A stretch of DNA of 35,144 bases from Octopus bimaculoides (GCF_001194135.2 NC_069000.1:13959206-13994349), one strand, 5' to 3'. Positions 1 to 11,469 are shown, counted from the first letter of the stretch. Notes: generated by a model not told the origin, from the letters alone. Translations and numbers: made by a program.

Positions 1-288
1 TATGTATGTATATATATATGTATGTATGTATATATATATGTATGTATGTATATATATATGTATGTATGTATATATATATGTATGTATATATATATGTATG
101 TATGTATATATATATGTATGTATGTATATATATGTATGTATGTATATATATGTATGTATGTATATATATATGTATGTATGTATATATATATGTATGTATG
201 TATGTATATATGTATGTATGTATGTATGTATATATATATATGTATGTATATATATATATATGTATGTATGTATATATATGTATGTATG
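1..288. repeat. Compound (TATG)n/(TA)n microsatellite
   Basis: Alternating TATG and TA blocks; accounts for the spurious MYVYIY ORFs. Confidence 0.97.
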
Positions 289-490
289 TGGACTGCTGGA
301 CCAAGTGCATCGAAAAGGAAGGAGACTATATGGCAAAATGATATACTTGTTTATCCCCCTGCTTTTGTGTAAATACAGTGGAAAAACAAGAGTCCACATA
401 ATTTCTGACTCTCCCTCATATTAAAATAAAATGTTTTAAAAGCATATTATTAAAATTCATAAATTCTTGTTAAAAAATGTCTTTAGATAC

Positions 491-613
491 CTGAGGAAAT
501 CTGTAAAATAGAGAGTCTTCTGGATTTGTTCACGGTATTCCTGTCCAAGGTCCTCCAAAACAACACGCTCCGTTGTTTTCTCGTACCACTTAATATCAGC
601 AGGTAACACAAAC
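491..613 (-). CDS. DNAH5: Dynein HC exon L (123 nt; R|FVLPADIKWYEK...YFTDFL|R)
   Basis: Not in the ORF track; read by hand. TTTTGTTTAG acceptor, GTATCT donor; phase 2/2 matches exon K; RF....D..W and YF.DFLR dynein motifs. Confidence 0.92.
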
Positions 614-719
614 CTAAACAAAATTAAAAGACGTTATTTCACTTTCTAGTTCTTTTTATAATTGGTTTGCAAGATTCGTAATGTAAACTCCTGCATTGAA
701 ACATATTTTGTTGTATTTT

Positions 720-762
<43 letters not shown>

Positions 763-764
763 AT

Positions 765-976
765 GTTTGTATGTCTGTGTTTGTCCCCGCAACATCGCTT
801 GACAACCAATATTGGTGTGTTTAGGTCCCCGTAACTTAGCAGTTCGGCAAAGAGACCGATAGAATAAGTACAAGGCTTACAAAAGAATAAGTCCTGGGGT
901 CGATTTATTCAACTAAAGGCAGTGCTCCAGCATGGCCACAGTCAAATGACTGAAATATGTAAAGGAATAAAAGAAT
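765..976 (+). mobile_element. SINE family A, 3' half (following a GT microsatellite)
   Basis: Matches 17172-17388 and the reverse complement of 31704-31870; ends ...ccagcatggccacagtcaaatgactgaaa plus an A-rich tail. Confidence 0.85.
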
Positions 977-1047
977 ACATTATTATCATCATAATCGTAA
1001 TTTAACATCCGTTCTTCATGCTGGCATCTACTCATAAAATCTCTCTC

Positions 1048-1048
<1 letters not shown>

Positions 1049-1120
<72 letters not shown>

Positions 1121-1230
1121 GCACACACACACACACACATACACACACAAACACACATGCACATTCACATATACACACATTTTACATATGTGTGTATACA
1201 GAGAGAGAGAAAGAGAGCGTAAATATATAA
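1049..1230. repeat. (AT)n/(AC)n microsatellite cluster
   Basis: Direct reading. Confidence 0.95.
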
Positions 1231-2071
1231 TATATATAGTGTGTAAATGAAATAGATTTCCTCTGTAGCTAAGGAAGGCCAATTAACAGCTGCAGAACCC
1301 TTCAAAATCCCAACTGTTTTCCACTCTGGGTAAATATTACTCACTGATCCAACTTCTCGATAAAACTAAATGACTGAAGTCTTTAACCAACTGAAGCATG
1401 CCTTAACTACATTTATAAGACTTACACAAGAGCAGTTCTTCTCTCTTTCTCTCTCTTGCTCATTCTTCCATCATTCCCCACTTAAATTGCTACTTAAAAT
1501 AGTAGATGATGATCTTATAGAAGAATAAAATTGATTTGAAGCTTCTCTTCCTAATCTACTGTTCTACTTTCTCCACAGCTGTCACCAAACTTTAAAAAGC
1601 TGCTTTGCCATTCTTGCCACAAAAAAAAAAAAAACAATGGATTGGTAACTTGCTCTCTCTTACATGAAGCAAAAAACGTTAGACATAAAGAACAAAATAT
1701 TGAGTGCTGATCTCAAAACACTGAACCTGACAAAGGAGATGGCTAAGGAATGAGATATCTGGAACAGTGCTGTACTCAAGAAGACCTGTCCACCACAGCA
1801 GAATTGATACCTGTGTTGGTGTCTCGGAGGAAGAAGAAGAAGAGCTGAAGTGATGACCAAATATATAGTGCATGTGTTTAATTGGTAAAATATGACCATC
1901 CCCAAGTATAACAATATCTGTTTCAACACAGGATTTCACATCAAGAATCTTACAAAACAAATACATAAACTTCGGAAAATAACATAGTTGTACATCTTAT
2001 CATTGATTCTATTTGCAACAGATTCTATGAAACAAATATAAATGAATTGAGTAGTGATGGTATTACTATGT

Positions 2072-2486
2072 ATGTATGTTAAGAAATTTGCTTTACAACC
2101 ACATGGTTCCAGGTTCAATCCCACTGTGTAGCACCATGGTAAAGTTTCTTCAGGTATAACATTGGGTTAATTAATGCCTTCTGAATAGAAGTAGAATGTA
2201 ACAGTGAAGGAACTGTACAGAAATCCTTCATGAATATATGGATGTGTGTAAGTGTTTATGTGTTTGTGTATGTACCTGTGTTTATATTCACACCAGTCTA
2301 AAAACTGATTTTATTTAAGCTTATGTTCATTTATATCTCGTAGCCAAACAGTTGGACAAGAAAGATTCAATAAAATAACTAGCAGTTTTAAATTATTGTG
2401 GCCATGCTGGGGCACCACCCCTGAAGGTGGTGTCCCAGCCTGGCCACATTCCATTGACTGAAACCATAACAGAAATAAAATAAGAG
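2072..2486 (+). mobile_element. Decayed SINE family A copy with an internal inverted tail segment
   Basis: ggttccaggttcaatcccactg head matches the family A head; tail at 2426-2486; inverted tail piece at 2397-2419. Confidence 0.6.
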
Positions 2487-2513
2487 TGAATAAAGAACAA
2501 CTAGCTTTCTTAC

Positions 2514-2677
2514 CTGTCAGAGATAACACGACTACATTCGTGTTTCCATAAACCAAGCAATAATGTGGTAGAATTGATGACAGATGACTCAACATTGATC
2601 ATTCCCTGCCAGATTCTGGACAAGTCTCTCAAGTTAAAAATATAATGAAATTTTGCAGGTGTTGGTAGCATTTTTAC
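2514..2677 (-). CDS. DNAH5: Dynein HC exon K (164 nt; [26 protein letters not shown]...[12 protein letters not shown]|R)
   Basis: Not in the ORF track; read by hand. AAACAG acceptor, GTAAGA donor; 54 codons plus 2 nt. Confidence 0.95.
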
Positions 2678-2855
2678 CTGTTTACGAATGAAGTATTTTA
2701 GTAGTAATTATTTTATGAATTTAACTATATATTTACAAAAAGATTGTTTTTATTATACATTATGTTAATTTCATATTTCTCCTCTTTTTGGATGGTCTAA
2801 TCTCTGTCATTGCATTTTATATTTCTGCTATGTTTTAACCACACATATTTAGGCT

Positions 2856-3270
2856 GTGACAGAATGTAGAGATACAACCATGTATCAAGTTAATGGCCAT
2901 TGCAATATAGAAAATGTATATAAAGCAAAGGTGGCACCAAAGGATGATGCGCAAAAACATGTAGGCATGATGGCAAGTCCCTTCAGAACCAGATTCAATA
3001 ACCATAATTCCTCATTTAACATCAAGGAGAGGCAAAATGTCACATCTATACAAGGTATTGCGGGAAAATACTGCACATTAAGACAAGTGGAGGAAACAAG
3101 AAGAGTGTAAACTTTACATTAACAGTAGTTGGAGGTGCTTGCTGTGCTTGACTGAGAAAGGGATCTACAGAACTCTCTCCACTGGAGCACCTACCTTAAC
3201 TGTAGGAGTGAAGTTTTCTGTTCCTGTCCTCATGAATGCAGATCTGCCCTAACATACTGGCTGACATAAG
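2856..3270 (+). mobile_element. Penelope-like element C-terminal GIY-YIG endonuclease remnant
   Basis: VNGHCNIENVYKAKV...KHVGMMASPFRTRFNNHNSSF, then in shifted frames RCLLCLTEK and LNCRSEVFCSCPH; matches the PLE GIY-YIG and C-terminal pattern. Confidence 0.7.
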
Positions 3271-3771
3271 CACTGGAGCATCTCCATCGTTTTTTTAACG
3301 TCATTGAAGTCTGAGAACTTAATATAAGACTTGCTACCCAACTGTGACAATATACACACTCATATACATGTACATGACTATGTGGAGTGATTTGTTTGCT
3401 ATATCCAGTCATCCATCTTTGATTTGTCTAAGGAACCAGCTACAAATCAGGAAACCACCAAAATAACAGGCCACTGGATCAGCTTAAATAACCTATTCAT
3501 ATATCACTATATTGACCAGACACTATCAGATGTTGTTATATACAGTTGATTACAATATGCATCCTTGCATTGTTGTAGCTTTCAAATGATACCAACCAAC
3601 TGGCTAGACAGTGTGTGGTATGAGTGCATGTGTATATGCATGCACACACACACAAATATATATGCATGTATGTTTGCACGTGCATGCATGCATGTAATTA
3701 TCAGTAACTCTCCATTCCATGAAGTAATTTACTAATTATATCATGGAAACAACAACAACAGCAATACATAC

Positions 3772-4002
3772 CTTTGTTAGCTGCCATAATCGTCTTGTGA
3801 GAGGAATAAGTTTTTGAACCATTTCTATGATGTCTGCTGCAAAACCTCTTTCTTTGCAGTAATGACCCAAACCAATCGTTGAGAAGATCTTATCTATTGA
3901 TGTATTAGATGGCAAGGTGCAATTAAAAATTGCAAAATGTCTCTTTAGGCGCTGTGGAATGTCGTTCCTGCCTCCACCGGGATGTATCATAGATGCCAAG
4001 AA
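3772..4002 (-). CDS. DNAH5: Dynein HC exon J (231 nt; [21 protein letters not shown]...RRLWQLTK)
   Basis: TTGCTTAG acceptor, GTATGT donor; 77 codons. Confidence 0.96.
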
Positions 4003-4356
4003 CTAAGCAATAGAAAATGTTAAAAAAATATTTCAAAATAGATTTATTAAGTATATTCTTTATCTTTATTTTAGTGGTAAAATTAAAATCAATTAATTTT
4101 GTTTTAATAAAATATAAAGCTAGAGTTCAAAAGAAACAATGTAGTCATTGGTGAAAATAAAATTCATATAAATATGTGTTTTAAAATATGCTTCTGTGGT
4201 TAATATATAGTTTTTAAGACGCTCACTAGCTAATTACAACACCAGTGCCTGTTCTGGCACTGTTTTTCTGTATATTGCTGGTGGGGAGATGAGTCACAGT
4301 CATCTCTAACATTTGAGCATCCATCATTGACAAGACCAAGGAAGGTCGAAATCACA

Positions 4357-4545
4357 TAATCAAGTTATCTTGCTGTTACGTTCAGAGTCCAAATTCTGCC
4401 GAGGTTGAGTTTGCCTTTCATCCTTTCGGGGTTGATAAATTAAGTACCAGTTATGCACTGGGGTCGATGTAATCGACTTAATCCCTTTGTCTGTCCTTCT
4501 TTGTCCCCTCTATGTTTAGCCCCTTGTGGGCAATAAAGAAATAAG
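4357..4545 (+). mobile_element. SINE family B
   Basis: gagtccaaattc B-box-like motif plus the gcctttcatcctttcggggttgataaattaagtaccag core shared by more than 10 copies in the window. Confidence 0.8.
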
Positions 4546-4556
4546 AATAATAATAA

Positions 4557-4890
4557 GGAGAATTTGAAGTATGGAAACTGTAAAGGTTGTGCCTATAATA
4601 ATTGGTGCATTGGGAACTGTAAGCAAAGACATAGACAAATGGCTGAAGGAGATTGGGATAGAATGTCCTGTAGAGCTTCTACAGAAAGTTTGCCTCTTAA
4701 GAACAGGAAAGATTATCAGGAGAGTTTTAAGCACTTGAAAGACTATTGAAAGCTTGTGGATACCAAAGGTTACAAGATAGTAATCTGCTACCCACATAAA
4801 TCCTGCCAGGGCTATGACAGAACCTGAGTCAAATCAATAATAATAATAATATTAGTAATAATAATAAGAATAGTAATAATAATAATAATA
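4557..4890 (+). mobile_element. 3' end of an R4/Dong-type (restriction-like endonuclease) non-LTR retrotransposon with (TAA)n tail
   Basis: 4571-4738 reads METVKVVPIIIGALGTVSKDIDKWLKEIGIECPVELLQKVCLLRTGKIIRRVLST*, the typical R4-clade C-terminus; TAA repeats on both sides. Confidence 0.75.
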
Positions 4891-4894
4891 TAAC

Positions 4895-5110
4895 CTGTAT
4901 ATCTGTAATGTTTATAAAGTCACCAGGTTTCTCTAAACTGTAATAACCATTCATTTCTATGAGTTGACGTACAATTTCATTGGCCACTTGGTCTCCCCAT
5001 TCATTCACCACTGGCATGTTAATGTCATCAATGAAGACACTCATTTTCTTCCCTGCTGTGGGTCCATAGGTGTTACCCACTCGTTTATCCACATAGCTCT
5101 CTATTGATTT
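4895..5110 (-). CDS. DNAH5: Dynein HC exon I (216 nt; AAA3 Walker B FIDDINMP)
   Basis: TTTTTGCAG acceptor, atypical GTTATA donor; 72 codons. Confidence 0.94.
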
Positions 5111-5850
5111 CTGCAAAAACATGGAAAATGTTAAAACATTAAAAGAAAAACTGTTGGTCAGAAAAAAGAAAAGTTTCATTGATTGTTGCGTCACTATATA
5201 ACTGTGAACATGGTGGTGTTGGTAGTAGTAGTAATAGTGGTAATAGTAGTAGTAGTAGTGGTGACAGCACCAGTGTTTATTATTATAATTGTTTGTTAAG
5301 TGGGCAGCATCATTAGTACTGTGGGCAAAATTCTTAGAGGCATTTCATCCATCTTTACAATCTCAGTTCAAATTCCATTAAGTTCAACTTTGCCCTTTAT
5401 CCCTTTGGGGACAATAAAAAACAAGTAGCACTGGTGGTGATGTAATCGAATATCCACTTCCACCAAAATTCCAGGCCTTGTGTTTATAGTAGAAAGGATT
5501 AGTATAATTATTTGTTGCATACTTGTGTCAATTTAATTAACTTCCACTTCCCCACAAAATCATGTCCCTGTGTTTATGTTAGAAAGCATTATCATAATTA
5601 TTTCTTACATATATTTGTATTGATTTAACTAATTGTCCACTTTGCTGAAGAATTTTGTTTATGTTAGAAAGCAGTATTATAGTTATTGGTTTACACCAAG
5701 GTTGACTTAGCCTTTCATCCTTTCGGGTTTGATAAAATAAGTATCAGTTGAGGACTGGGTTGATATAATAATAATGATGAAAGGCAAAGTAGACCTTGGT
5801 GGAATTTGAACTCAGAATGTAAAGACAGACTAAATGCTCCTATGCATTTA

Positions 5851-6626
5851 GCTTCTACCCCTACTGGTGAAAAAGGGCCTCTCACTTAGGGTGAAAGGTA
5901 GACTGTATGATGCATGTGTGCAACTGCCATGCTACACGGCAGTGAAACATGGGCCATGAATGCTGGGGACATGCGTAGGCTCGAAAGAAATAAAGCTGGT
6001 ATGATCCGCTGGATGTGTAATGTCAGTGTGCATACACAACAGAGTGTAAGTGCCCTGAGAGAAAAGTTGGGCATAAGAAGCATCAAATGTGGTGTGCAAG
6101 AGGTGTCTGCACTGGTATAGTCATGTGTTACATATGAATGAAGACAACTCTGTAAGTGCCACACCCGAACTGTAGAAGGAACCTGTGGAAGAGGTAGACC
6201 CAGGAAGACATGGGATGAGGTGGTGAAGCATGACCTTCAAACACTGGGCTTCACAGAGGCAATGACAAGTGACCAAGACCTTTGGAGATATGCTGTGATT
6301 GAGAAGACCCTGTTTAGAATACCCCAGATACGTCAGGCGACATGATATGCTTGAGAAGACCTGTTGAGTCAAGTAAAACCAAAATCATAGCTGTGGCCAG
6401 TGCCCCCGCCCCACCAAGTGGCTCCCGTGCCAGTGTCATGTAAAAGCACCATCCAAACGTGGCACGTAAAAAGCATCCACTATACCCTTGGCGTGGTTGG
6501 CGTTAGGAAGGGCATCCAGCTGTAGAAACATTACCAGATCAGATTGAAGCCTGGTGCAGTCACTGGCTCTCCAGGACTCAAACTGTCCAACCCATCCCAG
6601 CATGGAAAACGGACGTTAAATGATGA

Positions 6627-6630
<4 letters not shown>
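5851..6630 (+). mobile_element. RTE-clade LINE 3' fragment (ORF C-terminus, 3' UTR, (GAT)n tail)
   Basis: LSLRVKGRLYDACV / MLHGSETWAM...MIRWMCNV / GRGRPRKTWDEVVKHDL, with frameshifts; ends ccagcatggaaaacggacgttaaatgatgatgat. Confidence 0.88.
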
Positions 6631-6674
<44 letters not shown>

Positions 6675-6675
6675 T

Positions 6676-6714
<39 letters not shown>

Positions 6715-6715
6715 G

Positions 6716-6747
<32 letters not shown>

Positions 6748-6765
6748 TCTATATATATATTTATG
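6631..6765. repeat. (AT)n/(AC)n microsatellite cluster
   Basis: Direct reading. Confidence 0.95.
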
Positions 6766-7037
6766 CCGCCAACATTCTTCTGGTGTGTCTCATAACTGAT
6801 GTTACATAGTTTTTAAGATGTGAAGTGCTTGCTTATTTATTTCACATCTTCCTAAACTTCCTGTTTCCATTTACATCTACACCTCCACACATCAATATCC
6901 ATGGGAAAGAGAAACACTAACTTTTGTGATATAATGAAACAAAATAATGTCATACAAAAATTTATATACATTATATAGATTTAATATAAAGCAAAAACAA
7001 AAATATGGATAATTTAAAAAAACAATTAGGCAGATAC

Positions 7038-7315
7038 CTGGAACATGAGAGGCGTTGTTGCAGAAGAAAAGTTTAAAGCTTTAGTGACGTGATTTTCAGG
7101 ATTGTATTTTCTTAAATATGCATTTATCATAACTGTTTTCGCTGTTCCTTGTTCACCAATCAACATAACTGCTTTGCCCTGTTTGGCAATGGTATTTAAC
7201 AGGTAATCTGTTCTCACATTGTCCACCATTGGTACTAAAATTGATGCATACTCAGGTGTCTCGTGTTTGGGATAGTGATATTCTTTAACGAGGTTATTCC
7301 AATGTACCCATGAAC
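7038..7315 (-). CDS. DNAH5: Dynein HC exon H (278 nt; AAA3 Walker A GEQGTAKT)
   Basis: TTTTTCAG acceptor, GTATCT donor; GSWVHW...[12 protein letters not shown]...[12 protein letters not shown]. Confidence 0.96.
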
Positions 7316-7426
7316 CTGAAAAATCAGAAATCTACTCAAGAAACAAGAATAAAACAGTTTGGATATATTTATGCCGTTTATTTAAGCTAATTAAAAAAAA
7401 GCTTTATATCAATATTATTTATATAG

Positions 7427-7945
7427 GAGGCAATGACTAGTGACTCAGACTTTTGGTCAATATCTTGTGCTTGAGAAGACCCGTCAAGCCAAGTGAAGCT
7501 ATAATCATGGCTAATGCTGTTGCCATGTAGCTGGCACCCATGCCAGCGGCACATAAAAGCACCTTTCAGCATTGAGTCTTATGGATGCCAGTGGCATGTG
7601 AAAAGCACCTTTCTAGTGTTGGACCTCACAGAGGCAATGATGAATGACCGAGACCTTTGGCATTATGCTGTGCTTAAGAAGACCCATCAAACCAAGTAAA
7701 ATCACAGTCATGGCAGATACTAGTATCACGCAAAGTAAAATTGTGGTTGTCTTTGCATACATGCTTGTCTTCTGCATCCTTCTCCAGCTGAGCATTCCTA
7801 ACCTGGCAGACTCATGGGTGCTGGCATCACATAAAAAGTACCCATCCTGATGCCACATAAAAGCACCTGTGCCACTGCTGCATAAAAGCACTCAATTCAC
7901 TCTAAAAAGTGGTTGGTGTTAGGATGGGCATTCAGCTGTAGAGAA
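7427..7945 (+). mobile_element. Two decayed RTE 3'-UTR fragments
   Basis: gaggcaatga...gacctttgg...gctgtgcttgagaagacc and gtggttggtgttaggatgggcat match 6255-6530. Confidence 0.7.
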
Positions 7946-8231
7946 GTTTGGAACATAGGTCTGAAATTTTTTTCTTCTAGATATTGAACCATCGAATCAG
8001 TTATTAAATAAGTTATATCTCTATGCTGTATATATTTGAATTGAATTGTATTTAGGCATAACAATTTTAATTTTTAAAAAAATGTTCCAAACTTTTGGCC
8101 TTGACTGTATACATGCCAGCGAAACTGGAAAATCAGCCTTATGCTCCTTACAGAGTAATGTGGACTAACCAAAATTATCAAACATTAATCCAGCATAATG
8201 TAATATAACGAAATAACAATGTATGTCTTAC

Positions 8232-8472
8232 CATCAGCAGCTACCATATAATCAAAAATTGTTGACTCAGAGCTTTCATCAATCTTAGGTAAATAACTGC
8301 TGACATTTGGTGTTGTACGTAGAAATTGCTCCAGTTTAGCTCGATCATCCAATTCCAAGAAAGCACCAATGCTCCACAACAGAGTAAATATATAAAGATG
8401 AGCATAATGTTCTTTTATTTGGGGGTCTTTTTCATCTTTGGCAGGAATAAGACCAGAAAGAAGTTTCGTTGC
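8232..8472 (-). CDS. DNAH5: Dynein HC exon G (241 nt; ATKLLSGLIP...LLWSIGAFLELDDR...FDYMVAAD|G)
   Basis: Poly-T AG acceptor, GTAAGA donor; 80 codons plus 1 nt. Confidence 0.94.
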
Positions 8473-8604
8473 CTAAAAAAAAAAAGGGTACAAGATCTTT
8501 GATGTATCAAATAACAAGTGTAGACAAGTGTAGAAATTAATTAAACAGAAACAACAAATGAAGGAAGAACAAGAAAGAGAACAAATTTCTCTTCTACCAA
8601 CTCG

Positions 8605-8875
8605 TCATCATCATCATTTAATGTCCATTTTGCATGCTGGCATGGGTTGGACAGTTTGACAGGATCAAGGATTGCATCAAGTTCCACTGTCTGTTTTGGC
8701 TCTTTTTTGCACAGATGGATGTTCTTCCTAACAGCGACCACAATATTCACTTGCAAGTGGCATTTGGTGACAAGAAAAACATCCAGCTATAGAAAAATTT
8801 GCTTCCGCAGAGTCCATCTGACCCATGCAAACATGACAAAATTAGTATTAAACTTAACGATGATAATGATCATGA
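8605..8875. mobile_element. Oppositely oriented RTE tail fragments
   Basis: catcatcatcatttaatgtccattttgcatgctggcatgggttgg (minus strand) and acccatgcaaacatg...gatgataatgat (plus strand). Confidence 0.6.
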
Positions 8876-9237
8876 TGTTCAAAAGGACAGAAATAATCAC
8901 ACAAAGTTTTCCATGATTATTTAAAGTATATTGATATATTAGATAAGTGAGACATAAGAGAAAGAAGAATAAATAGAATAGGAAACTATTGAAGAATTGC
9001 AATAAAATAATTAGATAAGTGGAATATACGTGATAAAAAAACTGCACTGAAGAATTACACTAAAATCTTTAAAAGTTATTTTATGAAAACAATACTGTTG
9101 CTAATTTACTATAATTTATCAATCATTCTGTCTAAAACACTAATTTTGAAGATTGGTCAACAGTTCCTCGACACCAATAATATAACTAAGTCCTTCATTG
9201 GGAAAATTAAACAAGTAGGAATGACATATCATATTAC

Positions 9238-9317
9238 TTCAATATACATCCTTACACATAATATATAAGTAGATAAATTCAATATACATCCTTACAGATA
9301 ATATATAAGTAGATAAA
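9238..9317. repeat. 40-bp tandem duplication
   Basis: ttcaatatacatccttaca(c/g)ataatatataagtagataaa twice, 1 mismatch. Confidence 0.92.
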
Positions 9318-10089
9318 TTTAATAGATAAATTATTTTCTACTGTAAAAGTCCAATTACTCCGTGTGTTTCATGGTACTAATTATAAGGCTAATAATACAT
9401 ATAGGAAATTTTAAATGATTAATGAGAAAGCTACTTTGCTGAGAATGACGAACAAATGTCTTTCAATTCCCCCTCCTCACTGGTGCTGTTCCCTGTATTA
9501 ACTGCACTCTCTTTCTCTATCTCTCTACTGATACAAAAGCAACCAGCTTATCTACCCACCTACTTAACCGGCTATCTTTCGTTTGATTTTTGTTCTGTCT
9601 GGAAACATGCCAACAACTACCCAGGGATTTTCCTTGGCCTTATCAAGTGAAGGAGAAAGATATTCGGTGTGTGGGTGCACTTGTGTGTATGTAGGGATGA
9701 GCTTGTTTCCTCTCTTTCTGTCTGAACCCTCCCACACTGGTCGTACCCTCCATCATACCTGCAATCCCCTTCTTCCTGAACAAACGCAACCAGTTTTAGC
9801 TGACTCCCTCCTAATTTAACATTGGAATATCCATATTTTGCTACACTGCTTAAATTTACATCATTTGATGACCATAATGCTTATGCTTACAATGCCACGA
9901 ATACCAGCTCCTACCTCCAGTAGGAGCAACAATCTTAACATGCTTGAATGTTTAAATGTTGTCAGGTCAGAAGAGAGAACAGATGAAACATGCCTAAAAA
10001 ACAAACACCACAACCTCCCTCTTCTTTTTAGGCACTAAATAACAAACATCTCTCCTCCCTAAGCCCCACCCCACATTCCCTTCCCAGTT

Positions 10090-10326
10090 TTCAGAGTTGG
10101 CACTGTCAATGTTGGCACACTGAAAGGTAGGTCTAGTGAGATTGTAGAGATGCTTGAAAGGAGACAGGTTGATGTATGCTGCATACAAGAGGTAAGATGG
10201 AGAGGAGCTTCAGCTAGGGTCCTCACAGGCAAGGCGCATAGGTATAAAGTTTTCTGGCAAGGTAACATGGATGGCGTAGTGGGCGTAGGCATACTCCTTG
10301 TGAAGAAATGGGTGGATAAGGTCGCT
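10090..10326 (+). mobile_element. RTE-clade LINE 5' fragment encoding the APE endonuclease N-terminus
   Basis: FRVGTVNVGTLKGRSSEIVEMLERRQVDVCCIQEVRWRG...YKVFWQG...GVGILL...WVDKV has the APE motifs GTxNV and QE; the pyrimidine-rich stretch upstream (~9560-10090) may be its 5' UTR. Confidence 0.88.
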
Positions 10327-10378
10327 AACGAGTCTGTCAGCTCACCACCTTATGATATAAAATAATAAGCATAACTAC

Positions 10379-10519
10379 CTGAGATATGATAAAAACTTCC
10401 AAAATGTCCATTTTGAAAACAAAATTCTGAATAGAATAGTTAAACACTATGGGAAAACTTTCTTCAAAAAGATTCATAATTATCATAGCTTCTTGCAAAG
10501 GTCTGTGATTTAGCCATCC
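10379..10519 (-). CDS. DNAH5: Dynein HC exon F (141 nt; GWLNHRPLQEAMIIMNLFEESFPIVFNYSIQNFVFKMDILEVFIISQ)
   Basis: Not in the ORF track; read by hand. TTCTTCACACATCCAG acceptor, GTAGTT donor; 47 codons that fill the gap between exons E and G in phase 0. Confidence 0.9.
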
Positions 10520-10795
10520 CTGGATGTGTGAAGAAAAAAAATTAATAGTTAAGCATTATATCACAGTGGACATATGTAAAGCATATATCTAAGCAATAGA
10601 AAATAAAAACAAATGGGATATTTTTTTAAAGAGTAGTGAATCTCAAAACAAATGCTGTGTATGCAATTATGCTGGTGCTCCACTGTTTATGACATGGGAC
10701 TTGAACACACGTCTGTAAACATGACAAGATATATGGTTTCAAATCCCACAAGTAGCTTTTGACCTATTCTATCCAGAGGAATATTAACCTAATAT

Positions 10796-11010
10796 TCCAG
10801 TTGATCCAATGAATGGAACAACTTGCTAATGAAATTAACATGCAACTGGCTGAGCACTCCACAGACACGTGTACTCTTAACATAGTTCTCAGGGAGATTC
10901 AGCGGCACACAGATTGTGATAAGGCTGGCCCTTTGAATTACAGATACAACTCATTTCTGCCAGCTGAGTGGACTGGAGCAATGCAAAATAAAGCGTCTTG
11001 CTCAAGGACA
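10796..11010 (-). mobile_element. SINE family C, 3' part
   Basis: Reverse complement matches 33700-33850. Confidence 0.8.
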
Positions 11011-11322
11011 AGATGTGACTAATATCTAATTATAAAAACACAGTTGGATATTTTTATATGCATCAAATGGCTATGGAGGTCCAGTAGAGTAAAATAAGAA
11101 TCAAAGGCAGAAAATGGTTAAGAACCACTGATCTACAGAGATATGTGGAAGATGAGCAGCCGTAGACTTGTTTAGTTAGATATGCTTTTTCCACAGCGTT
11201 TCTCTTTAACTGTGCCTAGCTAGCTCCTGTCAAACCATTCAACCCATGCCAGCATGGAAAACAGACATTAAATGACGATGATGATGATGATGAAGATGAC
11301 AATGGCTACATCAATATATATA

Positions 11323-11446
11323 ATACATGTAAATGTAAATGTGTTTATGTGAGTGTACCTGAAGGTGAGACTTTATAAATGCTTATACATGTAAATGTAA
11401 ATGTGTTTATGTGAGTGTACCTGAAGGTGAGACTTTATAAATGCTT
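11323..11446. repeat. Perfect 62-bp tandem duplication
   Basis: atacatgtaaatgtaaatgtgtttatgtgagtgtacctgaaggtgagactttataaatgctt twice. Confidence 0.95.
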
Positions 11447-11469
11447 AAACAAAAAATTTGAAAATATAC

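Noticed and set aside
2-424. Long MYVYIY/HTHT/IYIY ORFs here and at 646-1282, 6544-6795 and 30179-30367
   Set aside because: Translations of microsatellites; no coding signal.
1290-1640. Possible degraded LINE RT fragments (also ~11930-12330, 26853-27080, 33110-33470)
   Set aside because: Only vague motif resemblance with many stops; I cannot support a family call.
7130-7160. Non-canonical Walker A GEQGTAKT (AAA3), and the Glu-less Walker B LDGPVD in exon E (AAA2)
   Set aside because: Both are normal conserved features of DNAH5/8-type dyneins, not lineage novelties.
5851-10326. RTE 3' and 5' fragments as one element split by dynein exons
   Set aside because: Same strand but wrong order (3' piece upstream of the 5' piece); independent insertions.
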